From NCBI GenBank assembly GCA_963749495.1, contig CAVVMW010000005.1, forward strand, positions 64,001 to 128,000: 64,000 bases of DNA, written 5' to 3'. A model generated the notes under the pieces. It saw nothing but the letters and a program-made list of their open reading frames with translations. It was not told the DNA's origin and made no database searches. Source of the stretch: an uncultured bacterium (GTDB lineage: Bacteria > Verrucomicrobiota > Verrucomicrobiia > Limisphaerales > UBA8199). The position numbers and the translations under genes were made by a program. This document shows, piece by piece, positions 21,128 through 30,545 of this stretch; position 1 is the stretch's first letter; every line of letters starts with the position of its first letter.

Positions 21128-21822
21128 AATTTTGCGGGGATTCCGCCGCTCGGTCCGGGCTTGCTCGATCGCGGTTCGTTCGTGACACGGAACGCGAGGA
21201 CAGGGGGCATCAGTTCGGCCGGCGTCGCCGCCGGGCAAGACCAGCGCCTCGATGGCGCAATCTACGGGCAGGAGTTGACGCCGGAGCGCGGGGAATGCGC
21301 CTCATCCGGAAAGCTCCTGTCTGGAGTGATGAAGGCCAAGGAGTCTGAGGACCAATACTGGGCGAGCCGGGAACCTGCGTCACCGCGTAGCGGTGCTTGA
21401 TGGTAGCCGTGGACTTCCAGTCCACGGACCCATGGCCCAAGCTCACCTGCGGCGCGTAGCAACGCTTGAGAACGGGCTTCGGTTTGGCCACCGCCAAGCC
21501 CTCAGGCGTCGCTACGCAACGCGCTGCCATTCCCACGCCGCAAACCGTGGACCGAGGTCCACGGCTACCTTCAGCGCGTCGCTACGCGACGGAGGCGCTG
21601 CCCTGGTGCCCGGGGAGGCGGCCGCGAGGTGAAAGGTGGGTTCAGGCGATGAAGGCGCCCCACCTATTTGCGGGCAGGAACTTTCCGGGGGAGCCCCAAA
21701 AGGGCGCTTTCCGCATTCCGCGGTTCGCGACAGATTGTCCATTGGCCTGAAAATTGAGGGGTCAAGGCTCCGCACTCAGGGCCACCAGGCACCGGCAGGG
21801 CGCGAGTGCTGAGGGTCGTGGA

Positions 21823-22106
21823 TTATTGCGCTTTCCCTTCCCTCCCCTTCTCTGCCGCCTCAATCTCCGCCCACGACGGGGCGCGCCAGAGGTGGGCGGC
21901 GCCCGGATAGGTGATAGATAGCAGCGAGTCTCCGCTCGGGTGGAACCGCACTCGCTGGCAGCACCGGTCTATAGAACCTGCATCGCGTGCTTTTAGGACC
22001 AGGACTTCGCGACCGGTTTCCAGGTCCCAAATGAGCATTTCGGCGATGCCGTCGTAGCCAGGGCCCCACGGAAGAGGGTTTCTTCCCGGTCGTCAGCCGG
22101 TTTCAT
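21823..22106 (-). pseudogene. Collapsed Ser/Thr kinase-WD40 gene
   Basis: MKPADDREETLFRGAL kinase start fused out of frame to a WD40 C-terminus (IWDLETGREVL...LWRAPSWAEIEAAEK). Confidence 0.75.
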
Positions 22107-22122
22107 AGGCGAAGGAGGTGCT

Positions 22123-25100
22123 TCATTTCACAGGGCCCAGATATTTGTCCAGGAAATCGAGCTCCTCTTTGCGCACTTCGTTTTTGAGCCAAGAGGAATG
22201 TCCCGTTTCGTAAATTCTAAGCTGCTTGTCCTTCTCCGCCGTCCCGAAGAGCCTGAAGTACGGTTTTTGATTCGACTCGACCGGGAAGATGCCGTCGTAT
22301 CTGCCATTTTGCAGCAGGATCGGAATCTTGATTCGGGGGGCGAAGTTGACCTGGCTGTATTCCGGGGGACAGTCGAGCGCCAGGCCGCCGCCAAGCATGA
22401 CCACGACCTTAATTCGGCTATCGATCGCGGGTAAAATACCACCCCAGACCCCACCCCAGCTCAACCCTTCATAAGCTAGTTTGTTGGTATCGAACTCGTC
22501 CGGACGAGTTTCCAGGTAATCTATGGTCCTCCTGAAATCTTTGGCCAACATGATTCCATACTCGAGTGCTGTCGTCTTGCCTTGTTTTTCCGGGGGAGCC
22601 ATCCTCTCGAAAGTTCCCTGCAGAACAGGGAATGCGAATGCGCGGCCGGTCTTGGTGTGGCTTTCAAAGGTGTCGGTGGACCCATATCCTGCCATGGAAT
22701 GGAGGGACAGAGCGCCGCTCCCAGGAAAATAGACCACGGTCTGGAACGGAGGCTTGCCGGTGCGGGGGATGTAAAGATAGGCGATCATCCTTTCGCTTCC
22801 ATAAGCCGCATTGAAAGAAACCCTTTCCTGCCGAGTATATAGGGTTATGTTTGTTTCGGACTCGATCGTGGGCTGCAATTCCGATCTATTGTAGTCGTAG
22901 AGTTTCTTATAGGCTTGAAAGACTTCTTCCGAACAGGGCTTTTGATCGCCCAGGACTGGAGGCGGACTATATTGGACTGAACCTCCCGCCTGGTCCCACA
23001 CGCCATCGTCCGTAAGCAGCTTCATGCAACGAAATCCGAAATTAGCCTCGCGCAAAAAGGGAGGGTATTTGTCTGCGGCTCCAAACATGTACTCCGGTTC
23101 ATTCCAGCCGCCTCCGGCGATGACGCGGTAACCTTGGGGAGCCTCATTGAAGCACCATTCTTTGACATTTCCGGCCATGTCATAAACTCCGTGGGAGGTC
23201 ATGCCTTGGAATGTTCCGACCCGTGCGGGACCCTTTCCTCCAAAGTTGCTCAGGGGTATGATGTAACCGACATCTACGTGCGCCCAATCTCCGGCGGCCA
23301 GGCTCCAATGATACACGGTGGGCAGGCGCTTGCCGGCGAACTCCGCGTAGGCGGCAGCCTCGTACCAACTGACGCCTCCGACCGGGTAGTCCTCCTGGCC
23401 TTTTGGGAACTCCCCGTTTTTCCAGGTGGCGGGGCCGGGCCGGCCCGTCTGGTCCACGAGAATCTTCATCGCGGCTTCCCAACGGATTTCGATGCCGTCC
23501 TTGAGGAACTTATGCTTCCAATACTCCGGTTTCTTGTAGCCGCCGGCTTCGAGGAATTCCTTAAACCGCCGGTTTGTCACTTCGTATCTGTCGAGAACAA
23601 AGTCCGACAGATTCAGCACCGGCAGGGACCGTGAATCCAGCCATCCCAGGTTAGCTTTAAACTCTTGGCCCTGAACCCGCACCATCCCTGGAGGGATGGT
23701 CCCGGTCTTGTCCAGCTTGACTTTGAGCTCAACGGGTTTGAGACCGGTGAGCACAGCGCCCTCCGCAGATTCGTATTCGGGCAGGGTGATTTTCCACCGC
23801 TTGAAGCCCCGAGGCACCTTCATTTCTTTGAGTGGGGAGTTGCCGATCGGCTCCCATTTGGGGCTGAGGTCGGTGTAATCTCTGATGAACACCTCTGCGC
23901 CCGGGGGCGTGGTCTCGACCGAGATAAGACGGACAATCCGCGCCGACAACGCCTGGAACTGGGCATTGTCGCCGACGAAAGGCCGCGCCTCCTCGACCCG
24001 TTTGAACGCCGCCGTGTAATCATCCTTCTCCAGCAATCGCTCGATCTCCGGCAGCGCCGTTTCCAGGGCCCACTTCACCTTCCGCAGACCCGCCCGCTCC
24101 TGCTCCGCCTGACCCGCCCGCCGGGCCTGCCACACGCTGAAGGTCGTCCCAAAAATCGCCAGCAAGGCGAAGCCCCCGGCCGTCGCCAGCGCCCGGCGAT
24201 GGCGCCGCACGTATTTCATCGTCCGATAGCCCAGCGTCGGCGCCGCCGCGCTCACCGGCTCGTGGCTCAAATGGCGCTCGATGTCCCGGGCCAGGTCATT
24301 GGCCGTCTCGTAACGCCGCGTTCGGTTCTTCTCGAGACACTTCATCGCGATCCAATCCAGGTCGCCCCGCAACGAGCGGATCAGCTTGGGCGGTTCGGTG
24401 GCGCGCCGCTGGGCCGTGGTGGTCCGCTCCTTCGGCTCCAGCCGGCTCAGCCGTGTCGAAGGCTTAGGCGGCTCGTCCTCCCGGATGCAACGGATGATTT
24501 CCTCCAACCCGGCCTGCGCGAGCACCTTGGGCTCGAAGGGCGTCCGGCCCGTCAGCAGTTCGTAAAGCAGCACCCCCAGCGCGTAGATGTCGCTGCGCGT
24601 GTCCACGTCCAGTCCGCTCAGGCCCGCCTGCTCCGGACTCGTATAGGCCGGGGTGCCGATGAACTGCTGGAACCGGGTATAGACCGTCTTGTCGGTGAGC
24701 CGCTCGCCGATCGCCTTGGCGATCCCGAAATCGATCACCTTGGGCACCGGCACGTCATCGGCCAGCATGACCAGGATGTTCGAGGGCTTGATGTCGCGGT
24801 GAATGACCCCCTTCTGATGCGCGTGCTGGATGGCGTGACAGACCTGGACAAAGAGCTCGAGCCGCTCCTCCGTGGAGAGGTGGTTCTGGTCACAGTAATC
24901 GGTAATCCGCACCCCGCGGACCAGTTCCATGGCGAAGTAGGGCCGGCCGGTCTCCGTGGCCCCGCCGTCCAGGACTTTGGCGATGTTGGGATGGTCCATC
25001 ATGGCCAGGGCTTGGCGTTCGCTCTCGAACCGGGCGACGACTTCCTTGGTATCCATCCCCAGCTTGATAATCTTGAGGGCCACGCGCCGCCGCACAGGTT

Positions 25101-25410
25101 GTTCCTGCTCAGCCAGATACACCACGCCCCACCCACCCTCGCCGATCTTCTCGCGGATCTTGTACGGGCCAATCGCCATGCCCGGACCTTCCTCGGGCGG
25201 CAGAAGCACCGTCTGGCCGCCCGGCGCCGCCGCCTGCAGTTGGAGGGACGGATCGGGACTCTCGTGGGCCTGGACAAGGGCTTCGAGCCTGGCGCGAAGC
25301 GCCGCGTTTCCCGCGGAGGCCTGGTTCAGGAAGGCCTCGCGTTCCGGGCCGTTGGGCCGTTGCAAGGCCTCTCGGACGAGGACCTCTTCTCTATCATCAG
25401 CAGGTTTCAT
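22123..25410 (-). CDS. Ser/Thr kinase - TM - FGE-sulfatase - alpha/beta hydrolase fusion (paralog 2)
   Basis: GEGGWG, HRDIKPSN, DFG, YTSPEQ; TM; DRYEVTN, DMAGNVKEW, GFRC; GLSWGG, YD, TGH. Confidence 0.92.
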   Translation of the reverse strand: MKPADDREEVLVREALQRPNGPEREAFLNQASAGNAALRARLEALVQAHESPDPSLQLQAAAPGGQTVLLPPEEGPGMAIGPYKIREKIGEGGWGVVYLAEQEQPVRRRVALKIIKLGMDTKEVVARFESERQALAMMDHPNIAKVLDGGATETGRPYFAMELVRGVRITDYCDQNHLSTEERLELFVQVCHAIQHAHQKGVIHRDIKPSNILVMLADDVPVPKVIDFGIAKAIGERLTDKTVYTRFQQFIGTPAYTSPEQAGLSGLDVDTRSDIYALGVLLYELLTGRTPFEPKVLAQAGLEEIIRCIREDEPPKPSTRLSRLEPKERTTTAQRRATEPPKLIRSLRGDLDWIAMKCLEKNRTRRYETANDLARDIERHLSHEPVSAAAPTLGYRTMKYVRRHRRALATAGGFALLAIFGTTFSVWQARRAGQAEQERAGLRKVKWALETALPEIERLLEKDDYTAAFKRVEEARPFVGDNAQFQALSARIVRLISVETTPPGAEVFIRDYTDLSPKWEPIGNSPLKEMKVPRGFKRWKITLPEYESAEGAVLTGLKPVELKVKLDKTGTIPPGMVRVQGQEFKANLGWLDSRSLPVLNLSDFVLDRYEVTNRRFKEFLEAGGYKKPEYWKHKFLKDGIEIRWEAAMKILVDQTGRPGPATWKNGEFPKGQEDYPVGGVSWYEAAAYAEFAGKRLPTVYHWSLAAGDWAHVDVGYIIPLSNFGGKGPARVGTFQGMTSHGVYDMAGNVKEWCFNEAPQGYRVIAGGGWNEPEYMFGAADKYPPFLREANFGFRCMKLLTDDGVWDQAGGSVQYSPPPVLGDQKPCSEEVFQAYKKLYDYNRSELQPTIESETNITLYTRQERVSFNAAYGSERMIAYLYIPRTGKPPFQTVVYFPGSGALSLHSMAGYGSTDTFESHTKTGRAFAFPVLQGTFERMAPPEKQGKTTALEYGIMLAKDFRRTIDYLETRPDEFDTNKLAYEGLSWGGVWGGILPAIDSRIKVVVMLGGGLALDCPPEYSQVNFAPRIKIPILLQNGRYDGIFPVESNQKPYFRLFGTAEKDKQLRIYETGHSSWLKNEVRKEELDFLDKYLGPVK

Positions 25411-25435
25411 AGGCGAAGGAGTTGGTTCATTCGAT

Positions 25436-25471
25436 CATACATGCGCATTCTGGCGGGGAAAAGTATGGACG
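25436..25471 (-). promoter_or_regulatory. Putative ECF promoter (copy 2)
   Basis: CGTCCATAC-N16-GCGCATGTATG. Confidence 0.7.
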
Positions 25472-25560
25472 ATTTTCATGAATCTTTTTCGCCACGCGAA
25501 CCCGCCTGAACCAGCCAGGAACCCAGCGGCCGAGGGACCTCAAACGGTCCGGCGTGCGCC

Positions 25561-25644
25561 TCAAGCTCGATTCACTCTCAGAAGCTGACCTGCCAGTGAG
25601 CTCCGGCCACCGATGGCCTGGTTAATCGAATAGAGCCGTGCCAT
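25561..25644 (-). pseudogene. DUF5615/PIN-like toxin remnant (internal deletion)
   Basis: 27 aa MARLYS-INQAIGGRSSLAGQLLRVNRA resembling only the N- and C-termini; TGATG overlap with the DUF433 gene. Confidence 0.55.
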
Positions 25645-25973
25645 CAGTCGGTTTCGTTCGCCTCGATTTGGCGCGTGATTTCATCGCGGTGTGAGCGTAC
25701 AAAGGCCCAAGCATTGACGAGGTCTTCGGCCCGGAGCGTCGGATAAACCCGCAGCAATTCGGCTTCCGAGATGCCCAGCCGCCGCGCCTGTTCCAGAGCC
25801 CACACCGGTATGCGGGTGCGCACGACACACGGCTCGCCCCCGCAAACTCCCGGACGGCTTTCGATGCCGGGGAAGGCCTCGCCCAAGTCGCGCGCCGCCC
25901 ACTGCAACACCTGCGCTTTCTCCGCCCGGCTCAGTTTGGCCAGCAGTTCTTCGGCGGCTTGCAGGACACTCAT
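25644..25973 (-). CDS. DUF433 antitoxin-like protein
   Basis: PGVCGGEPCVVRTRIPVW...LL..YPTL...DL..AW. Confidence 0.9.
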   Translation of the reverse strand: MSVLQAAEELLAKLSRAEKAQVLQWAARDLGEAFPGIESRPGVCGGEPCVVRTRIPVWALEQARRLGISEAELLRVYPTLRAEDLVNAWAFVRSHRDEITRQIEANETD

Positions 25974-26064
25974 AACGTCTCAAGCAGCCTAATCGAAAAC
26001 AGAGGCCTCTGCAAGCGTGCAAACCTGCGCCGCGCCGTGGGCAGGATTCATCGGGAAGGCCCGC

Positions 26065-26417
26065 CTTCGGGTGGCGGCGATTCCACCGCCTCGGGTCCTT
26101 CTCCACGCACTTCATCACGATCCGGTCCAGGTCCCCGTCGATCCCTGACTCTTCTTTTCGAGGATCTTGTAGCGCCCGATCATCGTGCCCGGAGCTTCCT
26201 CGGGCACGAGAAGCACGGTCGCGGCGGCCAGGGGGGCAACCTGCGGTTCGAGGAACGGGTCGGGACTCTCATGGGCCTGGAGGAGCGATTCCAGCCTGGC
26301 GCGAAGGGCCTCGTTGCCCGCGCAGGCCTGGTTCAGGAAGGCTTCGCGCTCCGGGCCCTTGGCCCGTTGGAGGGCCTCTCGAAAGAGGGCTTCTTCCCGG
26401 TCGTCAGCAGGTTTCAT
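26065..26417 (-). pseudogene. Collapsed Ser/Thr kinase gene
   Basis: MKPADDREEALF...RYKILEK joined to GDLDRIVMKCVEKDPRR (end of the kinase domain); catalytic core missing. Confidence 0.75.
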
Positions 26418-26433
26418 AGGCCAAGGGGTTGGT

Positions 26434-29400
26434 TCACTTCACAGGACCCAGGTATTTGTCCAGGAAATCGAGCTGGTCTTTGGCAACTTCATTCTTGATC
26501 CAGACGGCATGCCCTGTTTCGTAAACCTTGTGCTGCTTGTCTTTCTCTGGCGTGCCAAAGAGCCTGACGTAGGGTTTTTGACTCGACTCGACCGGGCGGA
26601 GGCCATCGTATTTGCCGCCTTGCAGCAGGATCGGAATTTTGACCCGCGGAGCGAAATTGACATGGCTATATTCCGGGGGAGAGTCCAGGATCAGGCCGCC
26701 GCCGAGCATGACCGCGGCCTTGATCCGGGTATCGAGGGCCGGCAAAATGCCACCCCAGACGCCTCCCCAGCTCAACCCTTCATAGGCTAGTTTGTTGGTA
26801 TCGAACTCCGCCGGCCGTGTTTCCAGGTAGTCTATGGTCCTCCTGAAATCCTTGGCGCGCATGATTTCATCCTCGAGTTCTGTCGTCGTGCCTTGTTTTT
26901 CCGGGCGAGCCATCCTCTCGAAGGTCCCTTGCAACACAGGCACGACGAATGCGCGGCCGCTCCAGGTGTGGGTTAAAGAACTGGTGGCGGTCGAGTCGTG
27001 TGCTCCTATGGAATGGAGTACATGGGCGCTGCCTCCGGGCCAATAGACCACGGTCTGGAACGGAGGCTTGCCCGTGCGGGGGATGTAAAGGTAGGCGATC
27101 ATCCTTTCGTTTCCGTAGGCGGCATTGAAAGAAACCTTCTGCCGCCTGGTATAAATGTCCAAGTCCTCCGTGGCCTCGATCGTGGGCTGTAATTCCGATT
27201 TACTGTAGTCATAGAGTCTCTTGTAGGCTTCAAAGACGTCATCCGAGCAAGGCTTTTGATCACTGAGCTGTCGGGGCGGACGATATTGGATCGGACACGC
27301 CGCCTGCTCCCAAACGCCGTCGTCCGCGAGCAGTTTCATGCAGCGAAATCCGAAATTAGCTCCCCGGAACAATGCAGGGTATTTGTCCGCGGCACCGAAC
27401 AGGTACTCCGGTTCACTCCAGCCGCCCCCAGCGAGGACTCTGTAGCCTTGAGGGGCCTCATTGAAGCACCACTCCTTGACGTTGCCCGCCATGTCATAGA
27501 TTCCATGCGAGGTCATGCCTTGGAAAGTCCCGACCGGGGCGGGGCCAGTGCCTCCAAAGTTGCTCAGGGGGATGATGTAACCGACATCCACGTGTGACCA
27601 ATCTCCAGCAGCCAGGCTCCAATGATAGACCGTGGGCAGGCGCTTGCCGGCGAACTCCGCGTAGGCGGCAGCCTCGTACCAACTCACGCCTCCGACCGGG
27701 TAGTCCTGCTGGCCTTTCGGGAAATCCCCGTTGTTCCAGGTGGCGGGGCCAGGCCGGCCCGTCTGGTCCACGAAGAGCTTCATTGCACCGTGCCAGCTAA
27801 GTTCGATACCGTCCTTGACGAACCGATGCTTCCAATACTCCGGCTTGCTGTAGCCGCCCGCCGCCACGAATTCCTTGAATCGCAGGTTCGTCACCTCGAA
27901 TCGGTCGAGTAGAAAGTCCGACAGATTCAACTCCGGCAGGGACCGGGAATCCAGCCATGCCAGGTTAGCTTTGAACTTTTGCCCCTGAATCCGCACCATC
28001 CCTGGAGGGATGGTCCCGGCCTGGTCCAGCTTGACCTTGAGTTGGACGGGCTCCCGGGTGGTGAGCAGGCTGCCCTCCGCACACTCGTATTCGGGCATGG
28101 TGATTTTCCACCGCTTGAAGCCCTGAGGCACCTTCAGTTCCTTGAGGGGCGACTTGCCGATGGGTTCCCATTTGGGGTCGAGGTCGCTGTAATCTCTGAT
28201 GAATACGTCCGCACCCGGGGGTGTAGTCTCGATCGAGATCACTCGGACGACCCGGGCCGAAAGCGCCTGGAACCGGAGATTGTCCGCGACGTAGGGGCGC
28301 GCCTGCTCGACGAGTTTGAAAGCAGCCGTGGAATCATCCTTGTCGAGCGAGCGTTCGATCTCCGGCATCGCCGTTTCCAGCGCCCACCGCACGTTGCGCA
28401 GGCCCGCCCGTTCCTTCTCCGCCCGACCCGCCCGCCGGGCCTGCCACACGCTCAGTGTCGTGCCCACAATGACCAGCAAGGCAAACGCCGCTCCCGTCGC
28501 CAGCACCCGGCGATGGCGGCGAACGTATTTCAGGGCCCGGTAGCCCAGAGTCGGCGCTGCCGCGCTCACGGGGTGGTGGTTCAAATGGAACTCAATGTCC
28601 CGGGCCAGTTCATTGGCCGTTTCATAACGCCGCCTCCGGTCCTTCTCGAGGCATTTCATCACGATCCAGTCCAAGTCGCCCCGCAGGGAGCGGATCAGCT
28701 TGAGCGCCTCGGTGGCGCGCCGCTGGGCCGTGGTGGTCCGCTCCTTCTGATCGAGCTGGCTCAGCCGCGTCGAGGGTTTGGGCGGCTCTTGCTCCCGAAT
28801 GCACCGCAGGATTTCCTCCAACCCGGCCTGCGCCAACTCTTTGGCTTCAAAGGGCGTCCGGCCCGTCAGCAGTTCGTAGAGCAGCACGCCCAGTGTGTAA
28901 ATGTCGCTGCGCGTGTCCACGTCCAGTCCGCTCAGGCCCGCCTGCTCCGGACTCATGTAGGCCGGTGTGCCGATGAATTGCTCGAAGGCGGTGAAGAGCG
29001 TCTTGTCGGTCAAGACCTGGCCGCCCGTAGCCTTGGCAATGCCGAAATCGATCACCTTGGGCATGGGCATTCCGTCGTGCAAGGTCACCAGGATGTTCGA
29101 GGGCTTGATGTCGCGATGGATGATCCCCTTCTGGTGGGCGTGCTGAACGGCGTGGCAGACCTTGATGAACAAATCCAGCCGCGCCTGCGTGGCCAGTTTC
29201 TCCTGGTCGCAGTACTTGGTGATGGGAATCCCCCTCACCAGCTCCATGACGAAATAGGGCCGGCCGGTCTCCGTGGCGCCGGCATCCAGCACCTTGGCGA
29301 TGTTGGGGTGGTCCATAAGGGCCAGCGCTTGGCGCTCCGCCTCGAATCGCGCCACCACCTGCCGCGTGTCCATCCCCAGCTTGATGACCTTGAAGGCCAC

Positions 29401-29757
29401 CCGGCGGCGAATCGGCGCCTCCTGCTCAGCCATATAGACCACCCCGCAGCCGCCCTCGCCGATTTGCTGTAAGAGCTTGTAATGGCCGATCTTGTCCCCG
29501 GCCTTCTCGGTGACGGCGGACGAGACGAGGGTGGTCTGCTGGGGTGATAGAACACCCCATCCTCCACGGAAATCGCCCGCCGGCGGTTCGAGGAACGGGT
29601 CGGGACTCTCATCGGCCCGGAGGAGCGCTTCCAGCCTGGCGTGCAGGGCCTGGTTGCCGAGGCAGGCCTCGTTCAGGAAAGCGTCGCGCTCCGGGCCCTT
29701 GGCCCGTTGGAGGGCCTCGCGGAAGAGGGTTTCTTCCCGGTTGTCGGCGGGTTTCAT
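26434..29757 (-). CDS. Ser/Thr kinase - TM - FGE-sulfatase - alpha/beta hydrolase fusion (paralog 1)
   Basis: GEGGCG, HRDIKPSN, DFG, YMSPEQ, FGE motifs, GLSWGG; MKPAD start chosen by homology with the paralogs. Confidence 0.92.
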   Translation of the reverse strand: MKPADNREETLFREALQRAKGPERDAFLNEACLGNQALHARLEALLRADESPDPFLEPPAGDFRGGWGVLSPQQTTLVSSAVTEKAGDKIGHYKLLQQIGEGGCGVVYMAEQEAPIRRRVAFKVIKLGMDTRQVVARFEAERQALALMDHPNIAKVLDAGATETGRPYFVMELVRGIPITKYCDQEKLATQARLDLFIKVCHAVQHAHQKGIIHRDIKPSNILVTLHDGMPMPKVIDFGIAKATGGQVLTDKTLFTAFEQFIGTPAYMSPEQAGLSGLDVDTRSDIYTLGVLLYELLTGRTPFEAKELAQAGLEEILRCIREQEPPKPSTRLSQLDQKERTTTAQRRATEALKLIRSLRGDLDWIVMKCLEKDRRRRYETANELARDIEFHLNHHPVSAAAPTLGYRALKYVRRHRRVLATGAAFALLVIVGTTLSVWQARRAGRAEKERAGLRNVRWALETAMPEIERSLDKDDSTAAFKLVEQARPYVADNLRFQALSARVVRVISIETTPPGADVFIRDYSDLDPKWEPIGKSPLKELKVPQGFKRWKITMPEYECAEGSLLTTREPVQLKVKLDQAGTIPPGMVRIQGQKFKANLAWLDSRSLPELNLSDFLLDRFEVTNLRFKEFVAAGGYSKPEYWKHRFVKDGIELSWHGAMKLFVDQTGRPGPATWNNGDFPKGQQDYPVGGVSWYEAAAYAEFAGKRLPTVYHWSLAAGDWSHVDVGYIIPLSNFGGTGPAPVGTFQGMTSHGIYDMAGNVKEWCFNEAPQGYRVLAGGGWSEPEYLFGAADKYPALFRGANFGFRCMKLLADDGVWEQAACPIQYRPPRQLSDQKPCSDDVFEAYKRLYDYSKSELQPTIEATEDLDIYTRRQKVSFNAAYGNERMIAYLYIPRTGKPPFQTVVYWPGGSAHVLHSIGAHDSTATSSLTHTWSGRAFVVPVLQGTFERMARPEKQGTTTELEDEIMRAKDFRRTIDYLETRPAEFDTNKLAYEGLSWGGVWGGILPALDTRIKAAVMLGGGLILDSPPEYSHVNFAPRVKIPILLQGGKYDGLRPVESSQKPYVRLFGTPEKDKQHKVYETGHAVWIKNEVAKDQLDFLDKYLGPVK

Positions 29758-29782
29758 AGGCCCAGATGGCTGTTCATTCAAT

Positions 29783-29818
29783 CATACATGCGCCTTCGGG
29801 AGGGAAAAAGTATGGACG
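29783..29818 (-). promoter_or_regulatory. Putative ECF promoter (copy 3)
   Basis: CGTCCATAC-N16-GCGCATGTATG, between the ECF gene and the kinase gene. Confidence 0.7.
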
Positions 29819-29884
29819 AATTTCATCATTCCTTTTCCCGCGCAACCCCGCCCGAACCCGGGAAGAGGCAGGAGGCTGGGAACT

Positions 29885-30445
29885 TCAATTGGCCTTGCTT
29901 ATCTCGAGAGCCAGCCAGGCGCGGGCGTAGGCCCACCAATCCTTTGCCGTAGGCACGGCGATGCCCAGGGCGGAAGCCGCCTCCTCGAAGGTCATCCCGG
30001 CGAAGTAACGCAGCTTCACCAATTGCGCCTTGCGCGGTTGGATCGCGGCCAACTTCTCGAGCGCCTCGTCCACCGCCAGCAATTGCTCGTCGTCCGCGAT
30101 GGCCATTGGGAATTCGATTACCTCGAGGCTGACGTGGGCCGCTCCGCCGCCTCGCTTCAACGCCGTGCGCCTTCGGGCGCGCTCCACCAGGATGCGCCGC
30201 ATCGCTTCGGCCGCGGCGGCGAAGAAATGGGCGCGGTTCTGCCAGGCGGGTTGGGCATCGGCGCCGAGCCGCAGCCAGGCCTCGTGCACCAACGCAGTGG
30301 GTTGCAGGGTTTGGGTGGAGGCCTCCTGGGCCATCTTGTGCGCTGCGAGTTTGCGCAACTCCGCATAGACCACTGGGAACAGTTCCCGCTCGGCCCGCGG
30401 GCTGCCGGGCCCGATCGCCTGCGAATTCAGGGGCCCATTTTCCAT
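29885..30445 (-). CDS. ECF sigma factor, TIGR02999-like
   Basis: VYAELRKLAA, TLQPTALVHEAWLRL, HFFAAAAEAMRRILV, LRYFAGMT..E.A..LG, WAYARAWL. Confidence 0.93.
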   Translation of the reverse strand: MENGPLNSQAIGPGSPRAERELFPVVYAELRKLAAHKMAQEASTQTLQPTALVHEAWLRLGADAQPAWQNRAHFFAAAAEAMRRILVERARRRTALKRGGGAAHVSLEVIEFPMAIADDEQLLAVDEALEKLAAIQPRKAQLVKLRYFAGMTFEEAASALGIAVPTAKDWWAYARAWLALEISKAN

Positions 30446-30545
30446 GTTGCGCCCAAGTCGCCGGTTTCGCGGCTAAGCTGGCGGCAGCGAATACCAGATC
30501 GCCCGAGGCGCGTCAAGCCTCAATTGGCTTCGCCCGTAACCGGTG

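Noticed and set aside
22990..27500. Diversity-generating retroelement acting on the FGE (C-lectin fold) domains
   Set aside because: No reverse transcriptase or separate template repeat in the window; the FGE domain is internal, and the paralogs differ throughout, not only at adenines
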